From Octopus vulgaris (Eukaryota), in the NCBI GenBank assembly GCA_951406725.2, contig OX597823.1, positions 69,750,001 to 69,814,000 of the forward strand: DNA of 64,000 nt. The letters are read 5' to 3'. A program made the position numbers and the translations under genes. Positions 51,733 to 64,000 of the stretch are shown in pieces (position 1 is the stretch's first letter; each line of letters starts with the position of its first letter). The notes under the pieces are model-generated. The model saw nothing but the letters and a program-made list of their open reading frames with translations, was not told the DNA's origin and ran no database searches.

Positions 51733-54341
51733 GTGCCTGCATGTGTATGATATTATACTTATATTTTTTACTTTTAGTGCGTTTATTTAGTTTCTAGTAG
51801 GTATAGATCCATGGTTACAGGTAAAAGAAAAAGGATATTCATTGATTAGTGCTTGATTCTTTTGGCAAGTGGAAATATATACGGAGATCGATACACACAT
51901 ACGCACATATTCACAAGCACACGCACACACACACACATATATATACATGCACATACAAACACGCGCGCGCGCGCACTCAGATGGAAGCAGATAGATACAA
52001 TAATATATTCTCAACAAATAATTGCCAGAAGCAAAAGTATAATTTGATTGAAAACCTTAAATTTCTATGTGACAGAAATAATCCTGTTACTTATGGCGAC
52101 CTAGAAAGAGAGAAAGAGAGCCTGTACGACCGTGTATGCGCTTGTATACTCTTGTATAGATAAGAGAATTGTACGTCGATATAGATTTGTCCAACCGGTT
52201 TTTCTATACAGCTTTTTTTATGATTGCGTTGTCTACATGGTAATTAGTCGTTTATTCTCAATTAGCCGAAACACTGTTAATTTTGTAGAATCACATTTTC
52301 AATTTTGTCCTTCACCTCATGCAGTCTCAAAAGTTATGAAGAAAAATAAATCGTACAAATATATACTGCCATGTGATCCTATGCTGTGTGTATACGTACT
52401 CAAGCACATACACGCTTATATACATAAAGCTTCCGCTATCACTCTCTCTTTCTCTTTCTCTCTCTCTCTCCTTCTCTCTGTATTTCAGTTATGCTTTCTT
52501 ATCAGAACTCTAATTCTCTCATTCTCTCTCTACTCTCTCTATTCGCTTTCGCCCTCTCTCCTTCTCTTATATGTGACACTTTAGCGAAATTATATCTGAA
52601 ACGCCATTACTGTTACATGCCTCCTAGTCATATGAAAAGATGTTCAAACTTGTCTTATGAGTTATCTCATTTCTCTTTCCTTAATATACATCTAGGGTCT
52701 TGTTTTCACTCAATAGAAATCAATATATTCTGTATTGTCTGTCCATATTATACGTTGATATCGTGATATCACGTAACGAACCTCAATGAACACGACTTAA
52801 GCTCCCGGCGAATCAAGTTCGTTAGGCTATTCCAATTACCAAATGGAGCCCGTGTATAGATACACACATACCAGTGAGTGCGTATCTATCCAAATGAGTA
52901 TTTAGATCTCAGTGTGTGTGTTTGTGTACATGTGGATGTGTGTGTGCGTGCGCGTGTGTGAGTAACTGTGTGCGTGCGTTTATGTGCGTGAGAGAGTGTG
53001 CAAATATGCGTGCTATGCGCCATTGTGAACAATCTTGTGGTCAACCAATTCTGTAACATATGTTCGTTTCCTGGTTGTAGTTGTTTTGTTTACTCAAGTG
53101 CTTTTCTTGAGTAAATTATGGCTGCTGCAACTACCGGTATCCTATTACTTGAAAATGCAAGATCTTAATTCTGCTGGTCAGGCATTGATATTCATTCTAT
53201 TCTCGAACATAAAATGAATTCATTAATTAAGCAGACTTCAAAAATTTGCAGACAAAATTTAAGCTTTTTCACAGGAAGGCAATATATATTCCTTGTTTTG
53301 ATTTAGTTCTTTCTTGTTAGATATATTTGCAAATATACTTTTATAATAGCTGTAATATACTCGCGATCGACACGTGTAGTTTTAGAGAGTTGTCTACGAT
53401 TTTAGAAATGTAAATTGTGTGACACCCGATTTGTACAGCGAATAACCAGTGAGATAAATAAATATTTAATACTTAAGGACAGATATTGAAAGAGTCTGAG
53501 GTGTTTACCTGACTAATACTACAAGTTTATTGACAGAAACACTCACCTTGCATTATATTTCTCCTCGAATTCTCCGTAGTTCAGAGAATAATGATATATA
53601 AGGTTATTTATTTGTGTTATTATTGTTTAAACGTTTGATCGCTGATTTCTATGTGGTGAATAATAAAGTAAATATTAATCTCTGCCAAGGAGCATTAAAT
53701 GGTTTCACTTTCGCAAAACTATTCACTTCTGCTGGGACGGTTTGAATTACGAAGGTTCACCACAAGTCAATCGGGCTAATCACTCGCTTGTAGGAATAAC
53801 TTACTATGACATGTCAAGTTATTCCTTCTATCTATTGCACTTATATATGGTATAGATAACTGTTTATCCATATTTGAAATTAACGATTATAACCATTGTA
53901 TATGTGATGCCTGACAGGAACATAAAGGATATAGGATCGTTGAAAAGTAAAGGTTAAAGGCCTTTGTGAGAGACGAGAAATATGACTTCACCTGGCTACA
54001 TAAAGGTAATAATGTAGAAAGCTCTTGATACAGCCGTAGCATGAATGCATGTCAGGCAACATAAATTACATGACAAAGGAAAGTAACTGGAACAAAAGAT
54101 AAATCGCCTCACAATTTAACAATTTCCAAAAATGAGCCAAAAATACAAGGTCTGAAAGATGCACAATGTGACTGTACACCTTTGATGCAAGTCTGATGTA
54201 TTGCCTCTCTAATGCCTAAAATCGCAAATATTACGTAAATCTTTGCGTAAACTGGCGGCGTTGAAAATAGAGCTGGTACAGAAACAATTGTAACGAATCG
54301 TTAACAGTATCTCAAAGAATTTTCTTTGTCTTCTTATCGTT

Positions 54342-54409
<68 letters not shown>

Positions 54410-55125
54410 GGGATAGTGAGAAAGAGAGGGCAGGGAAAAGAATGGAGAGACTGGTACCACATTTCTTACCTGTTTTCAGCCGTTTCAACAACATATGTGT
54501 CAAACGAATCAATGTTGTAAAACATGAATGTAAGCGATGATTATATAATATTGATTATATATTATTGATTATATAACGGATTATATAACTCATAGCCATT
54601 TCAAACATTCGAACAAATTCACCTATATATACAGATTGTTTAGAGGGAGGAGTTCATATTCTTGTAGGAGGTTCAACAAAACATGCAAAAAGAAAAGAAA
54701 GAGTAAAAATGATAGCTTTTGTGTATCAATTGATAATATCATTTTTGAAGTTGAACTTGTTAATTAATTTGAGCATCGAGACAGTTGTCTGATCGAGAGT
54801 TAAATCTTTGTATCATTGTACAGTGTCATAAAACAACTGGGGTGGGAATTCCTGGAATAGCATCAAAGAAAACCTTAATGATCAGAGATATAACAGAGAA
54901 AAAAGATAGGCACAAAGAATTGGGTGAGAGAAGGATAAATTGAAAGGATAAGAACAATAGAATCACGCTTAGATGAAAGGAGTGATTAGCTATACGCTTA
55001 AAGGAGACAAGCAATTGCTATAGGGTTAGTGATATATAATACATAGATATACACACACACACACACACACACACAGATATATATAGTAAAATAATGAAAT
55101 GATATTTCATAGTTAAAGATGAGAT

Positions 55126-55522
55126 TACTCTTTTACTCTTTTACTTGTTTCAGTCATTTCTCTGTGGCCATGCTGGAGCACCGCCTTTAGTCGAGCAAAT
55201 CGACCCCAGGAATTATTCTTTGTGAGCCCAAAATATTCTATCGTTCTCTTTTGCCGAACCGCTAAGTTTCGGAGACGTAAACACACCAGCATCGGTTGTC
55301 AAGCGATGTTGGGATGACAAACACAGACACACAAACGTATACACACACAAACAATACATACCCCCCCCCCCATATATATATATATATACACACGACGGGC
55401 CCCTCTCAGCCTCTGTGCACCAAATCCCCTCACAAGGCTTTGGTCCGCCCGAGGCTATAGTAGAAGACACTTGCCCAAGGTGCTACGCATGTGGTTCGTA
55501 AGCAGCTACTTACCACACTGCC
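55126..55522 (-). mobile_element. SINE family B
   Basis: (tactcttt)n tail, ttttgccgaaccgctaag, internal (CA)(TA), gaagacacttgcccaaggtgc. Confidence 0.88.
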
Positions 55523-55674
55523 AATAATCGTAAAAAAGGAATATAGATGGTTATACAGCTATACATAAAGAAACATATATATTTATATAATATATATATA
55601 TACGCAGATTCATATACATATATACGCATATATAGGTGTATATATGAGTATCTGTGCATATATTGTATTATATA

Positions 55675-55725
<51 letters not shown>

Positions 55726-55938
55726 TAAGTTGTATCATAAGTTGAAGACGGGAAGGATGACTTCCCTTCACAAATACTGATAGGGCACAGATAGTGTGTC
55801 TATAGCCAGCTGGAGGAGGTATCTTCATGGGGCTACAAACTAGCATCCACCCTTAGGAGTTAGCCATATTCAAATTGCAAATATGCGTCACGATGTGTTA
55901 CCGCTACTGTTTATAACTCGCTCTGAGATTTATCATTA

Positions 55939-55977
<39 letters not shown>

Positions 55978-57739
55978 GTGTATGTGTGTATGTGTGTGTG
56001 TGTGCGCGCGCGCGCTATAATCAAATAGATAAACATGTAATGACTACAGCAAATCGAAATTATCACTAGACGTAACAGAAAATGAAAAAGTGAAGTGTGA
56101 AAACAAGGACATTTAGGAGCGACAAAATAAGCTGACATAAGAAGTTTAGATGATATGATAAATGTTACACCAACGGTGATGTAATGCAGTATCATATATC
56201 GATCTATATGTGTGTCAGTGTGCTTGTGTAAGTATATGCGTGTTTGTATGTTTAGATGTGTATCTGACGTATTCTAATAAACAAAAAAGTATCTTAACAG
56301 AAACGGAGAGGAATCAAAATAATTCTTTTAGAAGTTAGTCACATAATTCACATTGTATGTGTCTGTCCACTTCGAACCGACGATGCGATTGATAAAATAT
56401 GTACCAGTAATATACTGAGTTCAAAATTCAATTCACCAACCTTTTCTTTTGCACAACTTTATCATTTATTCAACTTAAAGTAATCAATATCTTTTATAAA
56501 ATTTCCATTTCTTTTACTTCCATTTTTTTCTTTCATTTAACTTTATAAATAGGTTTGTCTTCGTTTCTTTCCCTCGCGATAATTTCTAGTTTGTTTGTGT
56601 GTATTTCATTTAAATTTTTCCATATAAGCTACTACATGGTACCGCCAGTCTTTGCAGAATATTGTCCAGAATCTTCTGTCTTACGTCTCCTTTATCCCTC
56701 AGGTTTAGAATTAAGCAAAGAGATATTGCAGATGCTATTGACATGATCAAGATTCTGGGAATAGCTAGGTGATGCTAAACTATTTGGTATTACTCATCAA
56801 TTCCAGAATTTTATTTTTTACTTTCTTTTTCTTTTTACTTTCTTTAGGACGGTTTTAGATGGGGTGGCGGCAGTGTTCTTTCTTTATTCGATATTATTTT
56901 CTTTAAAAGTAATAAAAATAGCATATAAGAAAATAAAGTATTTACTGTTTTTTTTTTTTCTTACCATTATACTATTTTGTATTAAAAAAAAATGAAGACA
57001 TACCAAAATGAAATGGAAAAAAATCTTCTAAAACAAAAAGAAAAAAGTAATTTTGTTGTAAACTTAAAAAGCAAGACATGCAAACAGTGAGTTTGGTAAA
57101 AAAAAAAATTAGACATAAAAACATAAATCAAAACAAAGTAGAAAAAAATGTGAGCAATTTTATTTATTTTAATCTTAGAAACAGTTTCATGCTTTATATT
57201 GGTTTAAACTAAAATTGATTTTGTTCACTCGCGTCCTATTTTATTCTTTTTAGCTTTGAGCAATGCTTAGAAGATATATTCTCTCGTTTTCTCTCTCTCT
57301 CTTAAGCTCGCCTTTACCCCCCTCTCTCTCTCTTTATGTGTGTGTGTGTACGTTTGTATATACATAGACGCACTCATACACACACGCGCATATATATATA
57401 TGTAAAAATACATACATACGCATACATATATGTGTGCATCTGTGTGTGTGTGTATCTTTCGACATACACATATATAAATACATACACGTAGATACAAACA
57501 CATACATCTACCGCACCATACTACACACCCAGCACGCAAATAGATAGAGAGAGACAGAATGAGAGAGTTGCCTATACGTGTGTTTGTATACATTTATCTA
57601 TTTACCTATTGTTTTTTCTTTCTTATGGTGGCCCTTCCTTTTTCTAAACCTTCAATACACTTTACTGTCTCATCGAAGCTTTTTTTCTTTTCCTGATCTT
57701 TAAGAAGTTGACAAAGAAATTATCTCATCTTTCTTCCAT

Positions 57740-57848
<109 letters not shown>

Positions 57849-59974
57849 TTCCCATAGCTTCTCGCCTTCCATTTCCCTTTTTAAATATTTCTCTAATTTT
57901 CTTTCTCTCGGTATCTCTATCGCCAGCGTAAAATTTTTACTTTCAGTTTTAAGTAATGTGGTGGAAAAACATCTTTTTCTCCTTTAACCTGTATCCTTCA
58001 TTTTTTTCTCTCTTATCTATCTATCTCTCTTTCGTTTTATCTTTCTATATATCTATTTATCTATGTATCTATCTGTCTATACCTATTTCTTCCATTCTTT
58101 TCCGTATTTAAACAACATAATGACTACCTATATTTCATTCTTTAACTCTTTCTATTTTTCCTATCATTTTCGTATTAATCTCTTGTCAGCTGTTATTTAC
58201 TCAGTCGATTTTGCAAAATATATTACAATACCACTTAAATACACAATAAAAAAGAAGTAGATTCGGAAAATTGAAAACTGAAGGCAGTATTAATGTACAA
58301 AGTGTAGTTAGTTATTGACTGAAAATTTTGAATTCATCGTAGTCAAGTTAAATAGCCATTTAATAGCCAGTCTAACACCGTAATATTATATCGAATGCAA
58401 CAATCATACGGCAACCAACTAGAAGAACAAAACATATACAAACTATCGCACTCTCCTGATCTAGTTTTTTTTTTCATTCGCAAAATATGCATTTTTTGAA
58501 AGACAGCAAAAAATCTGAAAATCGGCTAAAATAATGTAGCCTTCCAGTCTCGTTGCTTTGAAGGTAAGGTGTTGTGGAGAAAAATGTTACAGAGGTTTTA
58601 AAATCGAAAAAACTGTATATTTTTAGCCAATACCGAGACAGAAATTTTCTGCGTTTAGCGGATCGGTGTCAGCTTTAAGGTTGTACCCTGGGAAATTTAG
58701 AGTTTAACGTCTGACCTGTTCATTGTAGGTTTCTAAATAAACAGAATTACCCAATAAAATCAACATGTATCATCATCTTATTGTTTCTTTGTCTCTTCAT
58801 TGATTGTATGGCTTTATTTTTTTATTTGCTATATTAATATATTTGTCTGCTTGTGTATTATGTATACCTGTCATGTATTTGTAAATATCATTGATATATG
58901 TGGATGTATGTATTGATATATAAGTTTATATGTACATTTATGTATTCATGTGTGTGTGTGTGTGTGTGTGTAAAGTTTTCATGTTTTGTAAACTACGATA
59001 AGAATAACAATGGTCAACAAAGAATTTGTCCCAAGGAAAAGAATTGCTGTACGTTATACGTTTTTATGTGTAGATTCAATTCGAATTCCCATTTTGAATT
59101 GCATCTAATACTCAAAATTTGAAAAGCTTCAGCGAAACCGGTCAGTTTATTAGAGGGAAAAATTCTTATTTTGTATAATATTATATAAATAATTTTGCCA
59201 TAAAGATTTAAATATATTCTTTGGTTTCGTAAAACAAATCGATATTTTTCATCTTATTTCTTTCCTTGTGAGGGGTTCTTTAAAAAGTTAAATCCATTTT
59301 GTTTTATCACGTCAACATTTTCCATAAACTCAAATGTCCAATTTTCAACATTTCCGGTATTGTCACCATTTCTAAAGATAGACTCGACTTCATCCAATGT
59401 AGACCAATATATGAAGCTTGACATAATGTTAGAAATTTAATTTTGTGATACCATTTAAAATAATTGCAACTACAAAACTGAAAACAAAGTCATGATTTAA
59501 GTATCTTCAGTAAATAAAATATATCAAACTTCAACAACTATCACTATTTTCAATCTAACCAGTTTTCAATGTCATGATGCTAACAGAAATGCCCATCGTA
59601 AAATTAGATGTTAATAAGCAAGAACATTTTTGTGGCTCTTGACAACATACATGTGGAATTTGTCTGCAGATATGTCCACGTTGTGCTTGATTTAGTGTGA
59701 CTATCATTGCAAAACAGGTGACATGTTTTCTTGAACCATTAGATATTTCTTACGAAACTTTTAAATGCGCCTTTAATGTTTTAATAGTAAGGTCACATGA
59801 GTCATGGTCACTCCTTGTCAAGCATGAAAGCTGTAGAACTTCATGGTAGTTGTGCTCTTTATGGAACTTTGCCATCATGAATCTGCAGTTACTTACTTTA
59901 TAACTGTTGACAAGTATGAAAATGCTTTCCTCAGGTGAAAACTGGCTTGAATACATGTTTTTTATTTCAAACAT

Positions 59975-60624
59975 ACGACCAGTTGTCAGACAAGATAATG
60001 CAAAAACAGCCCCCCGTGTCTCCGTCTATATTTCTCGTTGATAAATTTCACTTAGGCAGCGAAACGAAATCAGCAAATTTTGTGAAGAACGCTAACCTTA
60101 ATTAATTTGGCATGAAACTGGGTGATCAAGACAAAACCTGAGCACTCCACATAGTGTGTAAAACATGCGTTGAAACACTGAAATAGTGACTGTTTCAAAT
60201 ACTGAAGCAGAAAGTGTCCAGCTTTGTCTTGTGAGAAAATTACGGTTGGTGTGTCTGACAGGCCACAAATTATGTAGCTATTGCTGGACGAGTAGTTTTT
60301 GAGAACACGTCTGGAAATGATGCATGGAACGCTTTGGTTGCAGTTCTGTCTAATTTCCTGGGAAAGAGGAACTCGTCAAATTATGAAGAACTTGTTCAGA
60401 CTCTGCTACCAGTCTTTCTGCACAATCATCTGAACTATTTCTCTGAAAATCGTAGTAAAATAAGTAATGAGTATAGAGAAAGTTTCCACCAAGAAATTGA
60501 GACCACAGAGACTAGGTATCAAGGAAGGTGGAACGCAAATATGATAGCTGACTACCGCTGGTCTCAGCAAAGAAACTGTCGTGATGCAAGTTATTCACGC
60601 AAAGCAGCAAATGCTTATTGTTAA
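59975..60624 (+). pseudogene. Internally deleted DNA-transposon transposase relic, probably Chapaev3/CMC type
   Basis: FGMKLGDQDKT*ALHIVCKTCVETL and FLHNHLNYFSEN...ESFHQEIETTETRYQGRWNANMIADYRW motifs; middle of the ORF missing; superfamily named from recall. Confidence 0.65.
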
Positions 60625-60719
60625 TTGTCTTAGGTGTCTGTGTACCTGCGAGTGGGCACAGACTTCTCTCGGTCTCCCTTGAACCAGTGGAACAACCAGG
60701 AAAGCACAAATGAAGGAGA

Positions 60720-60890
60720 AGATGGCTGCACTCGAACTTGGTTGGTACTCATTTCAAGTGATTAGACTAGAGTAATGTGAAATAAACTGCTTTGCTAAAA
60801 CACAGAACATGCGGTCTGGCCAAAAAAATCGAACCCATATCTTTATGATAGTGAGATGAATAACCTGACCGCAAAGCCACTCGCGTTCAC
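60720..60890 (-). mobile_element. Degenerate tRNA/CORE-type SINE
   Basis: Minus strand gtgaacgcgagtggctttgcggtcagg...gggttcgatt head; similar to 1560-1718. Confidence 0.55.
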
Positions 60891-61899
60891 AGGAATATAA
60901 ACGTCTAAACGTCAATTATGCCCATAGTAATGTAATACTTACTACCGTAGTCGTAATCACCATCGTTATCATGATTTTTTTTTCTGCGACCATTGCCTCC
61001 TTTATCTCACCATCACATTCCTCTGAACATCATCATAATTCCTTATGAACATCGGCAACGCGTAAGATCATCATCGTCATCTTTCACACGATCACTATCG
61101 CCCTTAGCACCAGTATCACTAACATTACTGTTGCGACAATATTTACAAAACCAATGATATCGACAATGCGCTTACTGCCTTTATTATGTCACACTCACAC
61201 GATCCGAATTCACATCCAACCTATCGCCATACCGAGACCACCATCACAGCAACCACAATCAAACCACATTCTACTGTCTTAAATAAGGAAATAATTCTTT
61301 GTCTAATGTAGTCCTGATCACGTATAAAATACCTTTGATCATAAATCTGCTACATCAATGTTGATATGAAGTTAAACAATAACAACCAGAACAATCGCCG
61401 TTATCATGCCGACCATATGATAACGAAGTGAATTAAGTGTCTCTACCATGGCTACAGGAATAAGCGTAGCATTGTATGGGAAGTTATAATTCATGGACAC
61501 CTAGCCGATGCAACGATAATCGATACCAACACGACAAGCTGATGACCAGCTAAAAATAACAGCTAGGTCACTCTCAAATCGCACTCAAGTGTCGTAAATA
61601 AAGATGGAAATATTGGGCAAGGTAGTTTCAGGCATACAAACTATGGGGATGATTACAGCCTCAAAGCTCTTGACCGTAGCGCTGGTTGATCGAAGCTGAC
61701 CTGGGACTAAACACCAACATCATACTGACGCAAGTTTTGAACAAGTAAAATATATCAAAATACATTGAGGATGATTCCAATTTGTATAAGGGATGGTAAG
61801 CCGAGAAGTTATTGGCACACAATTTGTAGCTGGTACTCACATCATTTATGCTTACCTTAACGACAATGAGTTCTAATCGAATGAGTTCATCTAGTTCCA

Positions 61900-61979
<80 letters not shown>

Positions 61980-62175
61980 TTAAAAAAGGAGATGTGGAAC
62001 ACGAGTTGTGATATATAAAAAAGGAAATGAAGAAAACGGTGACAAAATAATTTAAGTAAGGGAGAGTGTATTTAATTAGGTGAAAGTTCTTTTTACCGGT
62101 TGCGCATTTGTTATGCTTATCAAAAGATATTTTTTTTAAGAGAGATAGAGTTCCTTTCTGATAGATTTTTTTCTC

Positions 62176-62236
<61 letters not shown>

Positions 62237-62469
62237 AGCATTTCAAAACAGATTTTAATATAGGCGCAAGGTTTGAAATTTGTTTTATAGGTGAGTCATT
62301 TCGATATCTTTATTGGGTGTATTTCATTTTTTTCGACCCCGAAAGGATGACAGGCAAAATTGATTTCGACTGGGACCAAATATTTTGGTAGATGAATATG
62401 TGCGGGAGGGATTTGGAAGAAGAAAGGATATTGGGATTAGATTACTAATGAACTCCTGATGCACATGTA

Positions 62470-62675
62470 GAAGACACAGTAAAGCTCCACGAGGCTCCGG
62501 CAGAGGGTGGAGGCGACCCCTGTTGTGCTCTTTCGCCACAGCTTTCTTTCATTCTCTCTTCCTGTTTCTTGAGTAACGCTGCGATGGACTAGCGTCCTGT
62601 TCAGCTGGGGGAAACACATACGCCACAGAAACCGGGAAACCGGGCCCATGAGCCGGGCTAGGCTTGAAAAGGGTG
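62470..62675 (+). mobile_element. SINE family C body (head missing)
   Basis: ctctttcgccaca, gcgatggactagcgtcc and gaaaccgggaaaccgggcccatgagcc match 36468-36739. Confidence 0.75.
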
Positions 62676-62815
62676 ACGGAGGAGGATAGGACAGCTCAAT
62701 CAGGTTAGAGATAGTGCTAAGTACAATGCTTACACACAGTAATGACATAATTAACTTTGTCAAGGATTTGAACATTGCAAAGCGATTGGAAATAAAATGG
62801 TGAGAAAACCAAATA

Positions 62816-62870
<55 letters not shown>

Positions 62871-63194
62871 CTAAAATTCGTTTCTTTGAAATCGAAGTGT
62901 GGAAATAAATGTTTGATTCTGCTCGTGATATCGTCAATAGTAATTTAAAACAAGTGGGTGTTTTGTAATAATTATAAATCACGTATCGGTGTTAAAACAC
63001 CTTGATTTGCTTTGTACTACTTGGGTGGTTGCGGTGATGGTAGAGGGGTGGATATTTTTAATCAATGATTAGGTTTAACTGTTCTGCAAAACTGTTCTGC
63101 TTAACACTTCTCCACCTTACCTGCCCTTGTTTGCACTACAGTATTCAGAGTGATGTGATCGTAACGATGATTGCTTCAGGCAGTAGAGATAGAT

Positions 63195-63681
63195 ACGGCT
63201 GTAGGGATGGTGGATGGTCGTCGTCTTTGTCGTCGGCGGCGGTGGCGTCGTGCTGCTGCTGATGATGATGATGGTGATTATGATGATGGTGCTGATGCTG
63301 ATGCTGATGCTGGTGGTATTGGTGATGATGATGCGATATGGGTGTTGGTATTGATCATCGCCGTCGTAATGATGGTGGTGATGGTGGGGAGGCGGGGTTG
63401 GTGGATTTTTTAGTGGTAGTGTTGGTGGTGGTGATGGATTATACTGGTAGTGATGGTGCAAGTTATCGTTGTATCGGATATTTGAGTCTATTGTAGGAGG
63501 AATCAATAAAGCTTTTTGGGAAGTCAGTTACTACGGCAAAAGCGCGATGGTCCTGAGAGGTAAGCAAGAACTTTTTGTAACACTCGTGGTGCTGGCAGAC
63601 ACATTGTCTTGTTGTTGTTGCTACTACAATTACTGCTGCTGCTGTCTTCTTCTTCTTCTTCTTCTTCTTCTTCTTCTTCTT
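63195..63681. repeat. Mixed trinucleotide low-complexity tract (GAT/GCT/GGT/GTT/CTT)
   Basis: Directly visible; explains the poly-D/H/K ORFs. Confidence 0.85.
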
Positions 63682-64000
63682 CCAATCAGGACTCACGCCA
63701 TTAGCCACAAAAAATAATTTCTAATTCGAGCCTACTCTAAGCTACTAAGAATGCGTGTTGCAACTTGAAGATCCACCCACCACACGCGATAGACTGGCGG
63801 TTGCACGGGCGCGAAAGCTACGTTGTTATCCTCATTCCGTAAACAATGGCTTTTAACTGGTGGAGAGCTGAACCATCCCAGAGTACAGAGGATTCGCAAT
63901 CTAGACTAGGGTCTCTGCTTTGTAGCAAAAGTAAGAAGAAAGAGTGAGAGAAAGTTGTGGTGAAAGAGTACAACGAAGTTCATCCATCAAATCCCCGCCC

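Noticed and set aside
63065-63717. ORFs with poly-His/Pro/Asp/Lys runs
   Set aside because: They coincide with mixed trinucleotide repeats; no domain or splice support.

Overview
AT-rich, microsatellite-dense eukaryotic DNA that looks intronic or intergenic. The SINE and microsatellite repertoire resembles an octopod cephalopod (inference). No host protein-coding exon can be called with confidence, and most long ORFs in the track are microsatellite artefacts. The window is a mosaic of transposable-element relics: four tRNA-derived SINE families, several mariner copies (one near full length with TIRs and a TA target duplication), Tc1, hAT and probable Chapaev3-type fragments, MITEs, a non-autonomous Helitron with internal tandem repeats, R4/Dong-type RLE-LINE 3' ends in (TATG)n, and Penelope-like relics. 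The most interesting signal is a set of candidate self-cleaving RNAs on small retroelements. These are hammerhead motifs of four types (long stem II, minimal dimer type, variant CUGUNGA core, and one in a GC-rich hairpin island) and an HDV-like fold in a 560-bp TSD-flanked RTE-5'-derived insertion. All family names and folds were recognised by eye and need computational confirmation.
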